Positions 20,722 through 30,352 are shown, counted from the whole stretch's first letter. The stretch: DNA of 53,851 nucleotides, filler included, from a bacterium (GCA_043817485.1; 8 parts of 8 records of this genome joined end to end with filler, not necessarily neighbours in it), one strand, 5' to 3'. A program made the numbers and translations. The notes: generated from the sequence alone by a model not told the origin.

Positions 20722-23700
20722 ATGAAAAAATATTTAATAATTTTACTTATTACTTTTATAGCATCTTTTGTTTTTAGTAATAATGAAAATATATTGCTTA
20801 AACAAATTTTATCTGGTCATTATACCTATGTTTTAGGACAAAATAAATGGATAACAAATAGTAAAATTTCTTTAAGAATCGTAGTTAAAAATTTTCAACA
20901 ACAACTTATTAAAGATGCAAAAATTTATATTAAAATAGGAAATATAAAATTATTTAGCGGAAAAACTAATAAACAAGGAACTATTGATGCTCAATTTACC
21001 TTACCAAAAGACTTAAAAGGAAAACAAGAACTTACAATAAAAACTATAACTTCTAACAAAATTGATGAAATAAAAAAAGATATTACAATTGAAGAACAAT
21101 ATAAAATTTTATTAACTACAGATAAACCTATTTATCAACCTAATCAAATTATTCATATTAGAATTTTAAGTTTAAATAGTTTTGATTTAAAACCTTTGAA
21201 AAATAAAGAAATAATAGTAGAAATAGAAGATCCTAAAGGAAATAAAGTTTTTAAACAAAAATTTATTAATTCTTTATTTGGTATTTGTGATACTAAATTT
21301 CAATTAGCAGATGAAATTAATTTAGGAACATATACAATAAGAGCAATTTTAAATGAAACAAAACAAGAAAAAAAAATAAATATTGATAAATATGTATTAC
21401 CTAAATTTAAAATACATTTTAACCCAGAAAAAAATTTCTATGCCCCAGAACAAGAATTGAAAGCTATTATTGAAGCGAATTATTTTTTTGGGAAGCCAGT
21501 TTCAAACGCAAAAATAATTATTTCTCTTTCTAAATTTGATATAAATTTTGAAGAATTTGCTCTTATAGAAGGAAATTTGAATGATTCTGGAATTTATGAA
21601 TTAAAATATAAATTACCTTCTTATTTTGTTGGACAACCATTAGAACAAGGTAAATCTTTAATTAATGTAAAAATAAATATCATAGATACAGCAAATCATA
21701 AAGAAGCAATTAGTTCAAATATTCCAATTTCATCAGAGCCATTATGTATTACAGCAATTCCAGAAAGTGGCTCATTAGTGGCTAATATCAAAAATAATCT
21801 TTACATTTTAACTACTTACCCAGATCATCAAGCAGCTTCAACAGAAATTACAATTGATAACACAAAATTAAAAACAAATAATTTAGGTATTACAAAATAT
21901 TCTGTTTTTCCTAAAAAATCTCCTTTTAAAATTATGATTTTAGCCCAAGATGACAAAGGAAATAAAACAAAAAAAGAATTTCAATTTAGTTTTGAACAAA
22001 AAGAAGAAAGTATTCTTTTGCAGACTAATCAAGCAGTTTATAAAGTAGGAGAAAATTTAATTGCAGATATTTTTACTTCTCAAAAAACTGGAACAGTATA
22101 TTTGGATATTATTAAAAATAAGCAAACTATTTTAACTCAATCTCTTGAAATTCAAAATGGAAAAGCAAACTTAAATTTTGTTCTCAGTAATGATTTTTTT
22201 GGAACATTAGAATTGCATTCTTATATTATTCCTCCAAGTGGCAATATTATTCGTGATACTAAAATAATATTTGTTAATCCCAAAAACGATTTAGAAATAA
22301 AAATTTCTACTGATAAAGATATTTATTTACCAGCAGAAGAAGCTATTTTAAATTTTGAAATAAAAAATAAAAAAAATAAAGGAATATTAGCAGCTTTAGG
22401 AATTACAGTAGTTGATGAAAGTGTATTTGCTTTACAAGAAATGCAACCAGGATTAGAAAAAATTTATTTTATGTTAGAAAAAGAAATTATGACTCCAAGA
22501 TATGAAATTCATAATTTTACTCTTCAAGAAATAACAAAACCTTTAATAAAAGAAGACCAATTAGAAGCAACAAAAATGCTTTTATCTTCATTTGAAAACC
22601 TTAATGAATTCACTTTAGAAATAAATTCATATAAAGAAAAAATAGAAAAAATCAAAAAATATTTGCATAGTTTAGTTGAAAAAGATGCAGAAATATTTTT
22701 AAATGCAATTGAAACCCATTATCAAAAATATCCAAAAGTAAATTTACAAAAATTTGGAATTAAACAACTTATTAAAAAAGGTTTACTAAAAGCAAAAAAT
22801 CTTAAAGATCCTTGGGGGAATAAATATAATTTTATTTTACCTGCTAATCAATATTCTTTATATGATTTTAATCTCATAAGCATAGGTCCAGATGGTATTA
22901 AAAATAGCATAGATGACATAACCTGTAATTTGTATGATTTTATAAAAATACAAAAAGAAATGCCGCAAAACTTTTCAAGAGGAATTAAAGCAATTTCTGT
23001 AAATATTTCAGAAAAAAAAACAGAAACTGCTTTATCAAAAGAACCAGTTAAAATAAGACAACATTTTCCAGAAACTCTTTTTGTAGAACCAAATCTAATT
23101 ACTGATGACAAAGGTTTTGCTACATTAAAAATTCCTTTAGCTGATTCTATTACTACTTGGAGATTAAGTGCTATTGGCTCTTCTTTGAAAGGAGAATTAG
23201 GAAGTATTTCAAAAGAAATTCGAGTTTTTCAAGAATTTTTTATAGATATTGATGCTCCTGTTCAATTAACTCAAGGAGATGTTGTTTCTATTCCAGTTGC
23301 AATATATAATTATCTTCCTGATACTCAACAAATTAAAATACTTTTAGAAAAACAAGAATGGTTTGATTTACAAGATACATCAGAAAAAAATCTTACATTA
23401 AAAGCAAATGAAGTAAGTGTTGTTTATTTTTCTTTAAAAATAAAAGAAATTGGTTGGCAAAAATTAACAGTTTTTGGATATGGAAATAAAAAAAATGATG
23501 CTATTACTCGTCAAATTGAAATAATTCCAAATGGACAAGAAATAGAAAAAGTTATAAATAATAAATTAGAAAAAGATATAGAACAAACAATCAATATTCC
23601 CGATAATGCCATAGACAAAGCTTCTAATATATTAGTAAAAATATATCCTAATACTTTTTCACAAATAATTGAAGGTTTAGATAAAATTTTTCGAATGCCA

Positions 23701-25143
23701 TTTGGTTGTTTTGAACAAACATCATCAGTAACTTATCCAAACATTTTAGTTTTAGATTATATTAAAAAATCAAAAATGATAACACCTGAATTACAAATGA
23801 AAGCAGAACAATTTATCAATTTAGGATATCAACGGCTTTTAAGTTTTGAAGTTTCTGGAAATGGTTTTAGTTGGTTTGGAAATGCTCCAGCAAATCAAAT
23901 TCTTACAGCTTATGGATTAATGGAATTTAATGATATGAAAAATGTGCATAATATAGATGAAGAAGTTATCAAAAGAACACAAAATTGGCTTTTAGATAAA
24001 CAACAAGCAGATGGTTCATGGATTCCCGATAAAGAATATTTGCATAGTGATATTTGGCAAAAAATTCAAAACAGTAATTTATTAGTTACAAGTTATATTT
24101 TGTGGGGGCTTTTAGAATCTGGTTTGAAAAATGATAAAATAGAAAAAGCAGTAAATTATCTTAAAAATAATTTAAAAGAAAATGATGATGCTTATATTTT
24201 GGGCTTATGTGCAAATGCTATGGTAGTCTATAATAAAGATAATAAATTTACTTTAGAAATTTTAAAAAAATTAGATAAAAAGAAAAAAGAAGAAAATAAT
24301 ATAGTATATTGGACATCTGACATTTCTACAATTACTTATTCTAAAAACAAAACTGCTCATTTAGAAACAACATCCTTAATTACTTATGCTTTATTAAAAT
24401 CTCAAAAATATCCAGAAACAATAAATAAAGCATTAGCTTTTTTAATTCAAGAAAAAGATTCTAATGGTACATGGTATTCTACACAAGCAACAGTATTAGT
24501 TTTAAAATCTTTAATTTTATCTTTGGAAGGATCAAAACAAAATATAAATGCAAAAATAAAAATATTAGCAAATAATCAAGAAGTAACAAATTTTGACATT
24601 AATTCAGAAAATAGTAATATTTTAAGATTAGTTAGTTTAAAAAAATATGTTAAAAAAGGCGATAATCAAATTAAAATTACATTTACTGGGCAAGGAAGTA
24701 CATTTTATCAAATTGTAAATAAATTTTATTTACCTTGGGAAATTAAAAAAGAAACAAAAGAAATAATAAAAATTGATTTAAAATATGATAAAACAACTTT
24801 GATAAAAGATGATATTATTACTTGTCAAATAGAAATAAAAAATATGATACATGGAATTGCTAAAATGATTATTGCAGATTTAGGAATACCTCCTGCATTT
24901 ACTATTTTATCAGAGGATTTAACAAAATTAGTGCAAAATAAAGTTTTCAATAAATTTAATTTAACTGATAGGCAAATTATTATTTATATTGAAGAATTAA
25001 ACAATACAAAACCAATAATATTTTCTTATCGTTTAAAAGCAAAATATCCAATTAAAGCAAAAACTCCTAAATCTAAAATTTATAAATATTATGAACCAGA
25101 AATAGAAAATATCGTAGAACCAATTGAAATAGAAGTAAAATAA
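20722..25143 (+). CDS. alpha-2-macroglobulin family protein with thioester motif
   Basis: TDKPIYQP, FPETLF, DSITTW, GCFEQ thioester, WYSTQAT. Confidence 0.92.
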   Translation: MKKYLIILLITFIASFVFSNNENILLKQILSGHYTYVLGQNKWITNSKISLRIVVKNFQQQLIKDAKIYIKIGNIKLFSGKTNKQGTIDAQFTLPKDLKGKQELTIKTITSNKIDEIKKDITIEEQYKILLTTDKPIYQPNQIIHIRILSLNSFDLKPLKNKEIIVEIEDPKGNKVFKQKFINSLFGICDTKFQLADEINLGTYTIRAILNETKQEKKINIDKYVLPKFKIHFNPEKNFYAPEQELKAIIEANYFFGKPVSNAKIIISLSKFDINFEEFALIEGNLNDSGIYELKYKLPSYFVGQPLEQGKSLINVKINIIDTANHKEAISSNIPISSEPLCITAIPESGSLVANIKNNLYILTTYPDHQAASTEITIDNTKLKTNNLGITKYSVFPKKSPFKIMILAQDDKGNKTKKEFQFSFEQKEESILLQTNQAVYKVGENLIADIFTSQKTGTVYLDIIKNKQTILTQSLEIQNGKANLNFVLSNDFFGTLELHSYIIPPSGNIIRDTKIIFVNPKNDLEIKISTDKDIYLPAEEAILNFEIKNKKNKGILAALGITVVDESVFALQEMQPGLEKIYFMLEKEIMTPRYEIHNFTLQEITKPLIKEDQLEATKMLLSSFENLNEFTLEINSYKEKIEKIKKYLHSLVEKDAEIFLNAIETHYQKYPKVNLQKFGIKQLIKKGLLKAKNLKDPWGNKYNFILPANQYSLYDFNLISIGPDGIKNSIDDITCNLYDFIKIQKEMPQNFSRGIKAISVNISEKKTETALSKEPVKIRQHFPETLFVEPNLITDDKGFATLKIPLADSITTWRLSAIGSSLKGELGSISKEIRVFQEFFIDIDAPVQLTQGDVVSIPVAIYNYLPDTQQIKILLEKQEWFDLQDTSEKNLTLKANEVSVVYFSLKIKEIGWQKLTVFGYGNKKNDAITRQIEIIPNGQEIEKVINNKLEKDIEQTINIPDNAIDKASNILVKIYPNTFSQIIEGLDKIFRMPFGCFEQTSSVTYPNILVLDYIKKSKMITPELQMKAEQFINLGYQRLLSFEVSGNGFSWFGNAPANQILTAYGLMEFNDMKNVHNIDEEVIKRTQNWLLDKQQADGSWIPDKEYLHSDIWQKIQNSNLLVTSYILWGLLESGLKNDKIEKAVNYLKNNLKENDDAYILGLCANAMVVYNKDNKFTLEILKKLDKKKKEENNIVYWTSDISTITYSKNKTAHLETTSLITYALLKSQKYPETINKALAFLIQEKDSNGTWYSTQATVLVLKSLILSLEGSKQNINAKIKILANNQEVTNFDINSENSNILRLVSLKKYVKKGDNQIKITFTGQGSTFYQIVNKFYLPWEIKKETKEIIKIDLKYDKTTLIKDDIITCQIEIKNMIHGIAKMIIADLGIPPAFTILSEDLTKLVQNKVFNKFNLTDRQIIIYIEELNNTKPIIFSYRLKAKYPIKAKTPKSKIYKYYEPEIENIVEPIEIEVK

Positions 25144-25151
25144 AAATTGTT

Positions 25152-25257
25152 ATCTAACAATACGTTAGTCTTAAAATTCAATTTTATGATAAGTGACTTA
25201 CAGTGCGACCATATCGTAATTACATAAAAGTATTAAGACACGGTTTTCATGTTGGGT
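25152..25257 (+). other. integron attC-like recombination site
   Basis: ATCTAAC...GTTGGGT (RYYYAAC/GTTRRRY) with inner paired arms GTCTTAA/TTAAGAC and TTTTATG/CATAAAA. Confidence 0.5.
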
Positions 25258-25365
25258 CATCAAGCCAAGTTATCCAAAAAAGATTGTTGATTTAGTCTGT
25301 AAACAAGTGATCATGGAAAAAAGGCTATAGTTAAAAAATTTAAGAAGAAGTTGGGGGGTTAATAA

Positions 25366-25505
25366 GAGACTGTGTCGCAATAGAAATTTGGCATGAGAAG
25401 TATACAACATGTTGTGCCAATATTAGCAATAAATACTATATATGGGATAGTTTTGCCATTAATTATCAATTGTATATATAAAGACTTAAATTAGTTGATA
25501 TAAAG
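25366..25505 (+). mobile_element. 140-bp repeated element end (IS/MITE-like), truncated by contig end
   Basis: identical to 30353..30492; starts GAGACTGTGTCGCAAT. Confidence 0.7.
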
Positions 25506-25605
25506 NNNNNNNNNNNNNNNNNNNNNNNNNNNNNNNNNNNNNNNNNNNNTTAATTAATTAANNNNNNNNNNNNNNNNNNNNNNNNNNNNNNNNNNNNNNN
25601 NNNNN
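25506..25605. other. artificial contig spacer
   Basis: N-run with TTAATTAATTAA. Confidence 0.98.
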
Positions 25606-25655
25606 AACTTTATGAACTTACAGAAGAGGAAATTAAAATAATTGAAGAAAATTAA
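25606..25655 (+). CDS. 3' end of an Eco57I/TaqI-like Type IIG RM protein (partial)
   Basis: LYELTEEEIKIIEEN*, a typical C-terminal motif of this family. Confidence 0.6.
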
Positions 25656-25724
25656 AAGAAAAAGTGGTTTTTATCTTGTATAGTGAATCGCTTATATAGT
25701 GAATCAATGTATTTTGAACCAACA

Positions 25725-25758
25725 TTTTGAACCTACGATTTAAATCGTAGGTCCAAAA
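25725..25758. repeat. REP-like perfect palindrome
   Basis: ACCTACGATTTAAATCGTAGGT (25731..25752) with TTTTG/CAAAA flanks. Confidence 0.7.
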
Positions 25759-25807
25759 ATCATAGGTTCACAAGATGTGTCGGTTCAAAGAGGAAATTAA
25801 AATAATT

Positions 25808-26605
25808 ATGAAAAAAAAATTTTTAAAAATTCTTTTTATTGGAGATATAATAGGAAAACCAGGGAGACAAGCTGTATCTCAATTATTACCAGATCTAAAA
25901 AAAAAATTAGATATAGATTTTGTAATTGCTAATGTAGAAAATGCAGCTGGAGGATTTGGTGTAACTCCTAATATTGCAAATGAATTATGTGAATTAGGAA
26001 TAAATTGTCTTACTTCTGGAAATCATATTTGGGATAAAAAGGAAATATTTGATTATTTAGATAAAAGCAATAATATTTTAAGACCAGCTAATTATTGTAA
26101 TGGTGTTAGTGGTACTGGAGCAAGAGTATTTGAAATAAAAACGGGAGAAAAAATAGGAGTAATAAATTTAGCTGGTTTAGTTTTTATGACTTCTTTAGAA
26201 TCACCTTTTTATGTAGCTTTACGAGAAATAGAAAAATTAAAAAAAGAAACAAATATTATTTTAATAGATTTTCATGCAGAAGCTACTTCAGAAAAAATAG
26301 CATTAGGTTGGTTTTTAGATGGAAAAGTTTCAGCTATAATAGGTTCTCATACGCATGTGCAAACTGCTGATGAAAGGATTCTTCCTCAAGAAACAGCATA
26401 TATTACAGATGCAGGAATGACTGGTCCTTTTGATTCTGTTATTGGCTCAGAAAAAAATATTATTTTAAAAAAATTTCTTACTCAAATACCTATTAAATAT
26501 GAAGTAGCAAAAGAAGATATTAAATTGTGTGGAGTTGTTGTAAAAATAGATGCTATTTCTGGAAAATCTTTAGAAATAAAAAGAATACAAATTCCTTTAA
26601 ATTAA
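25808..26605 (+). CDS. ymdB: YmdB-like metallophosphoesterase (TIGR00282 type)
   Basis: GDIIGKPGR, NVENAAGGFG, GNHIWD, DFHAEATSEK, GSHTHVQTAD; start set at ATG 25808. Confidence 0.88.
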   Translation: MKKKFLKILFIGDIIGKPGRQAVSQLLPDLKKKLDIDFVIANVENAAGGFGVTPNIANELCELGINCLTSGNHIWDKKEIFDYLDKSNNILRPANYCNGVSGTGARVFEIKTGEKIGVINLAGLVFMTSLESPFYVALREIEKLKKETNIILIDFHAEATSEKIALGWFLDGKVSAIIGSHTHVQTADERILPQETAYITDAGMTGPFDSVIGSEKNIILKKFLTQIPIKYEVAKEDIKLCGVVVKIDAISGKSLEIKRIQIPLN

Positions 26606-26607
26606 AA

Positions 26608-27540
26608 TTATATAAATGCTTCTAAATATGCTTCTATTAAATAAGGCAATTTGTTTATATTATATCCACCCTCAAGTATTGAAACTATTTTTCCATTAGA
26701 ATAAATATTTGATATTTCTGAAATCAATTTTCCAATTTTATTAAATCCTTCTATTGTTAAGTTCATATTAGATAAAGGATCTTGTTCATAAGCATCAAAT
26801 CCAGCTGAAATTAAAAAAAAGTCTGGTTTAAATTTTTTTATTTCTGGAAATATATATTTTTCAAAATTTTTTTCATATTCTTCATTTCCAGAATTAACGC
26901 TTAAAGGTATATTTAAAGTAAAACCTTTTCCTTTTTTTTCACCTATTTCATTTTTATTTCCAGTTCCGGGATAAAAAGGATATTGATGAATTGAAGTAAA
27001 AAAAATCGAAGGATCTTCATAAAAAGCTTGTTGTGTTCCATTTCCATGATGAACATCAAAATCAATAATAAAAATTTTTTGAATATTATATTTTTGTTGA
27101 ATATATTTAGCTCCAATAGCAATATTATTGAAAAGACAAAAACCCATTGCTTTATCTTTTTCTGCATGATGTCCAGGAGGTCGTAAAAGCACAAAAGCAG
27201 AAGAAACTTTTTGTTTCATTACAGCATCAATTCCAGAAAAAACACCACCTACTGCTAATAAAGCGACATTAAAAGAATTTTCACAAATAGGAGTATCTTT
27301 TTCAATAAATTTATTTCCATTTTTGCAAGATTTTTTAACAAAATCTATGTATTTTTGAGTATGAATAAGTTGTAAATATTTTTCATCTGCTTTTAATGGA
27401 GAAATATAAATAAGATGCTTTTTTAAAAAAGATTTTTGTAAATGTTTTAATGTATAAATAAGTCTATATTTATTTTCTGGATGATGGCCAGTATTATGTT
27501 CAAGATAATCTTGATGATAAATTAACCCAATTTTTTTCAT
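26608..27540 (-). CDS. histone deacetylase family (Zn-dependent) deacetylase
   Basis: HPE, RPPGHHA, GFCLFNN, DFDVHHGNGTQ, SAGFD, LEGGY. Confidence 0.93.
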   Translation of the reverse strand: MKKIGLIYHQDYLEHNTGHHPENKYRLIYTLKHLQKSFLKKHLIYISPLKADEKYLQLIHTQKYIDFVKKSCKNGNKFIEKDTPICENSFNVALLAVGGVFSGIDAVMKQKVSSAFVLLRPPGHHAEKDKAMGFCLFNNIAIGAKYIQQKYNIQKIFIIDFDVHHGNGTQQAFYEDPSIFFTSIHQYPFYPGTGNKNEIGEKKGKGFTLNIPLSVNSGNEEYEKNFEKYIFPEIKKFKPDFFLISAGFDAYEQDPLSNMNLTIEGFNKIGKLISEISNIYSNGKIVSILEGGYNINKLPYLIEAYLEAFI

Positions 27541-30302
27541 TTTTTTATAAGTGCTATTTTTCCTTTTTTTATTCCTTGATTACATTCAATTATATATAAA
27601 TATATTCCTTGTTCTAATAAAATACCTGTTTGATTTTTTTTATCCCAAAAACAATTTTCAACTCTTGGAGTTAATTTTCTATTATTATCTTCTTTTATTT
27701 CTACATTTTCTTTTAATACCCTAACTAATTCTCCAGCTAAATTATAAATACTTATTTTTGCATTAGAGTTATAAGGAATATTTATAAAATTTAAAGCATT
27801 GCTACTAATTAAATTGCAAGGATTAGGATAAACTTTAATTTCGTTCATTGCATTAAGAAAATTAATTACAGATAAACTAAAAATATCTTCTCCATTATAT
27901 CCAGAAGATGTAATGTTTAATTTAAAACAAATTTTATATTCATAAGGACAATCAGGACTGATTTCTAAAACATAAGAATCATTTTGATTAGAAAATTCAT
28001 TATTATTAGAAAGAGTAAAATTAGCAGTATTTTTTATAATAGATGTATATTTATCATTTGTAGAAATAGTTGCTTGTATATTTGTAATGTTTTGTAAAGT
28101 AAAGTTTTTAAGAGAGATTATTAAATTAAATTTTTGTTTTTTTTGGGTAATTTGAAAATAAGATTTTTCATTTGGAAAATTGATTCCAGAAAATTGTATT
28201 TTTTCTTGAGGAAGTGTTAATTCTAAAGAAGGATCTCCTAAAAGATTAAGACAAAATTGTATCCAAAGATAGGGTGTTTCTGGTCCAGAATAAGGAACAA
28301 AAGGAATTTTACTTTTAGATAAAATTTCACCTAAAAATGTAATTCCTTTTCTTATGTACTGATTATAAAATTCCATTTGGTATTCTCCGCTATAAAGTTG
28401 AGCATTAGTTTCATCATATAATCCATACGAAGAATTTCCTATACAAGCAATTGCTCCGGATTTTGGATTTAAAAGAAGTTCTTCAGAGATACAATCATCA
28501 AAAAGATAAAATTGTGAGTCATTAGTTTTTTCTCTTTCTTTTATTTTTATTTCTTCATTTGTTTTGAAAGGATCTTCTTGAAAAGCTGTTGTATAACAAC
28601 CACAAGAATTAAATATATAAAAATTTGAAGATGGACTTAAATAATTTCTGGTTTTATTAAGTTGTAAAGAAAATAAATTATTGCTATAAATAGAGCCAAA
28701 TCCTGATAAATTTGCATGTCCAGTATGATTAAATATTCCTACTTCTGATAACAAAGGAAATACATTTTCTGGGGCAAGTTCTTGAGTACTTTCGTATCTT
28801 TTGAAAATAGTAATTTCTTGTGGCATTTCTTTTTGAATAGATTCTGCGATAGAGATACTATCATTTATATCATCAAATCTATAGCATAAAAAAAGTGCTT
28901 TTTTTAAATGTTCACGAGAAGAAGTTTCAAAAATTTTTATTTTGTTAACAAAATTTTGTGCTTGTTCTAATGTATCAACAGGTGCTCTTCCAATATATAT
29001 TTCTGGTAATAAATCAATGTTTGCATTCATTTCTACAATTTCAAGTATTCCATTTTTATTTTTGTCTTCTCCCCAACTGTCATCTAAACAAGAATAATAT
29101 AAATCGCAAGATATATCTGCTTTAAATTCATTTTTTTCTAATACCAAGTTGCTTTCAAACGCTAACTGTGTTGGCTTTGTCATCGGCTTCTTATGTCCCC
29201 CGCTGGCGGGGGTGTCCGTTAGGACAGGGGTGGAATTCTTTAATACGTTTTTGTCGTCTTCTCCTTGTGCCTTTGTTATCATTTTGAATGCGACTGGGTC
29301 TACTAAAACAGTTCCAGTTACTTTTCCTTCTATTATTCTTGTAGGAATTAGTTCTTCTTTTGCGATAATTGCAGTATCATTTTCTGGATTTCTTTTATAT
29401 CTCCAAACATCACCTCCTAAAAGAACAAATATTTGATATTCTTTTTTTTCTTGATAACATTTTTTGATATAATTTCTAATTTTTTCTGGTAAATCAAATC
29501 CATTTTCATTATGAATCTCTTCTATTATTTTAAGTTCTCCTTCAAATTCTTTTGTTTTTTTAAAATCAAGTAAATCTAAAAAAGCATTTTTCATTTCATT
29601 TGTAGTAATAATAAGATAATATTTTTTAATATTATTTAATTTTTGTAAGGGTGAATAAGTAGAGAAAATTTCTTGATTAGAAACTAATTGTTTTAGCGTT
29701 TGATTATAAGGAGAAAATGAAATTAAAGATTTACTGTTTTTAAGAAAAATTTTAAAATTGATTTTTTTTATCCAAATAAGTTCTTTTGTTGCTTGATTAT
29801 ATAAAGCTCCAAAAATTATTAAAGGAAGTAATTTATATCCTTGCATAATTTGTAAGGATGCAGGTTTTATGATTTCTTCGGGATAAAATGAATTAATTAG
29901 AGGAACTTGTTGAGAAGATTTTTCGCAAATTGTTGAGTGAGAGGAAAAATTATTTTTAAAAGAAAGAGGAATAGGTCCTGAAGAATTTTCGAGATTATAT
30001 TGTCCTTCTATTTTTATTTTTTCAGAAGAAACAATTTCTATTTTTTCGATTTCTTTTTCATAAGGAATAAGTAAAAAAATTGTTTTTGTTGGAATTTGTG
30101 GTTTGTTTTTTTCTGCATAAATTTTGCTTTCTGAAAATGTTATAAAATGAGTTTCATTTTTTTGTTCAATATTCAAATTAGGAATTTCTATGCTAACTGA
30201 AATACAAGAAGAAGTTGAATCTAAATTGCTTTTAATTTGTAAAGATAAAGAAAAATTAAAAATTATAAAAAAAATAATTGTTATGAAAATTTTTTTTTGC
30301 AT
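27537..30302 (-). CDS. secreted C25 (gingipain-like) cysteine peptidase with propeptide and C-terminal FlgD-Ig/T9SS-like domain; carries an in-frame repeat insertion
   Basis: LLGGD, DLYYS, IGRAP, HTGHA (His), CGCYT (Cys), LLGDP; C-terminal VYPNP...IYNLAGELVR...GIYLY; true start MQKKIF at 30302. Confidence 0.85.
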   Translation of the reverse strand: MQKKIFITIIFFIIFNFSLSLQIKSNLDSTSSCISVSIEIPNLNIEQKNETHFITFSESKIYAEKNKPQIPTKTIFLLIPYEKEIEKIEIVSSEKIKIEGQYNLENSSGPIPLSFKNNFSSHSTICEKSSQQVPLINSFYPEEIIKPASLQIMQGYKLLPLIIFGALYNQATKELIWIKKINFKIFLKNSKSLISFSPYNQTLKQLVSNQEIFSTYSPLQKLNNIKKYYLIITTNEMKNAFLDLLDFKKTKEFEGELKIIEEIHNENGFDLPEKIRNYIKKCYQEKKEYQIFVLLGGDVWRYKRNPENDTAIIAKEELIPTRIIEGKVTGTVLVDPVAFKMITKAQGEDDKNVLKNSTPVLTDTPASGGHKKPMTKPTQLAFESNLVLEKNEFKADISCDLYYSCLDDSWGEDKNKNGILEIVEMNANIDLLPEIYIGRAPVDTLEQAQNFVNKIKIFETSSREHLKKALFLCYRFDDINDSISIAESIQKEMPQEITIFKRYESTQELAPENVFPLLSEVGIFNHTGHANLSGFGSIYSNNLFSLQLNKTRNYLSPSSNFYIFNSCGCYTTAFQEDPFKTNEEIKIKEREKTNDSQFYLFDDCISEELLLNPKSGAIACIGNSSYGLYDETNAQLYSGEYQMEFYNQYIRKGITFLGEILSKSKIPFVPYSGPETPYLWIQFCLNLLGDPSLELTLPQEKIQFSGINFPNEKSYFQITQKKQKFNLIISLKNFTLQNITNIQATISTNDKYTSIIKNTANFTLSNNNEFSNQNDSYVLEISPDCPYEYKICFKLNITSSGYNGEDIFSLSVINFLNAMNEIKVYPNPCNLISSNALNFINIPYNSNAKISIYNLAGELVRVLKENVEIKEDNNRKLTPRVENCFWDKKNQTGILLEQGIYLYIIECNQGIKKGKIALIKK
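29141..29301. mobile_element. MITE-like palindromic element with 19-bp imperfect terminal inverted repeats, inserted in frame
   Basis: ATACCAAGTTGCTTTCAAA / TTTGAATGCGACTGGGTCT (15/19 match); GC-rich relative to host gene; homologue at 53750. Confidence 0.85.
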
Positions 30303-30352
30303 TTTTTTCCTTATGAGTTTTGTATTTTGAATTTTGCTAACCCTTTCTGATA

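Noticed and set aside
25388-25404. TTGGCA as a sigma54 -24 element in the repeat
   Set aside because: No TTGC at the -12 position.
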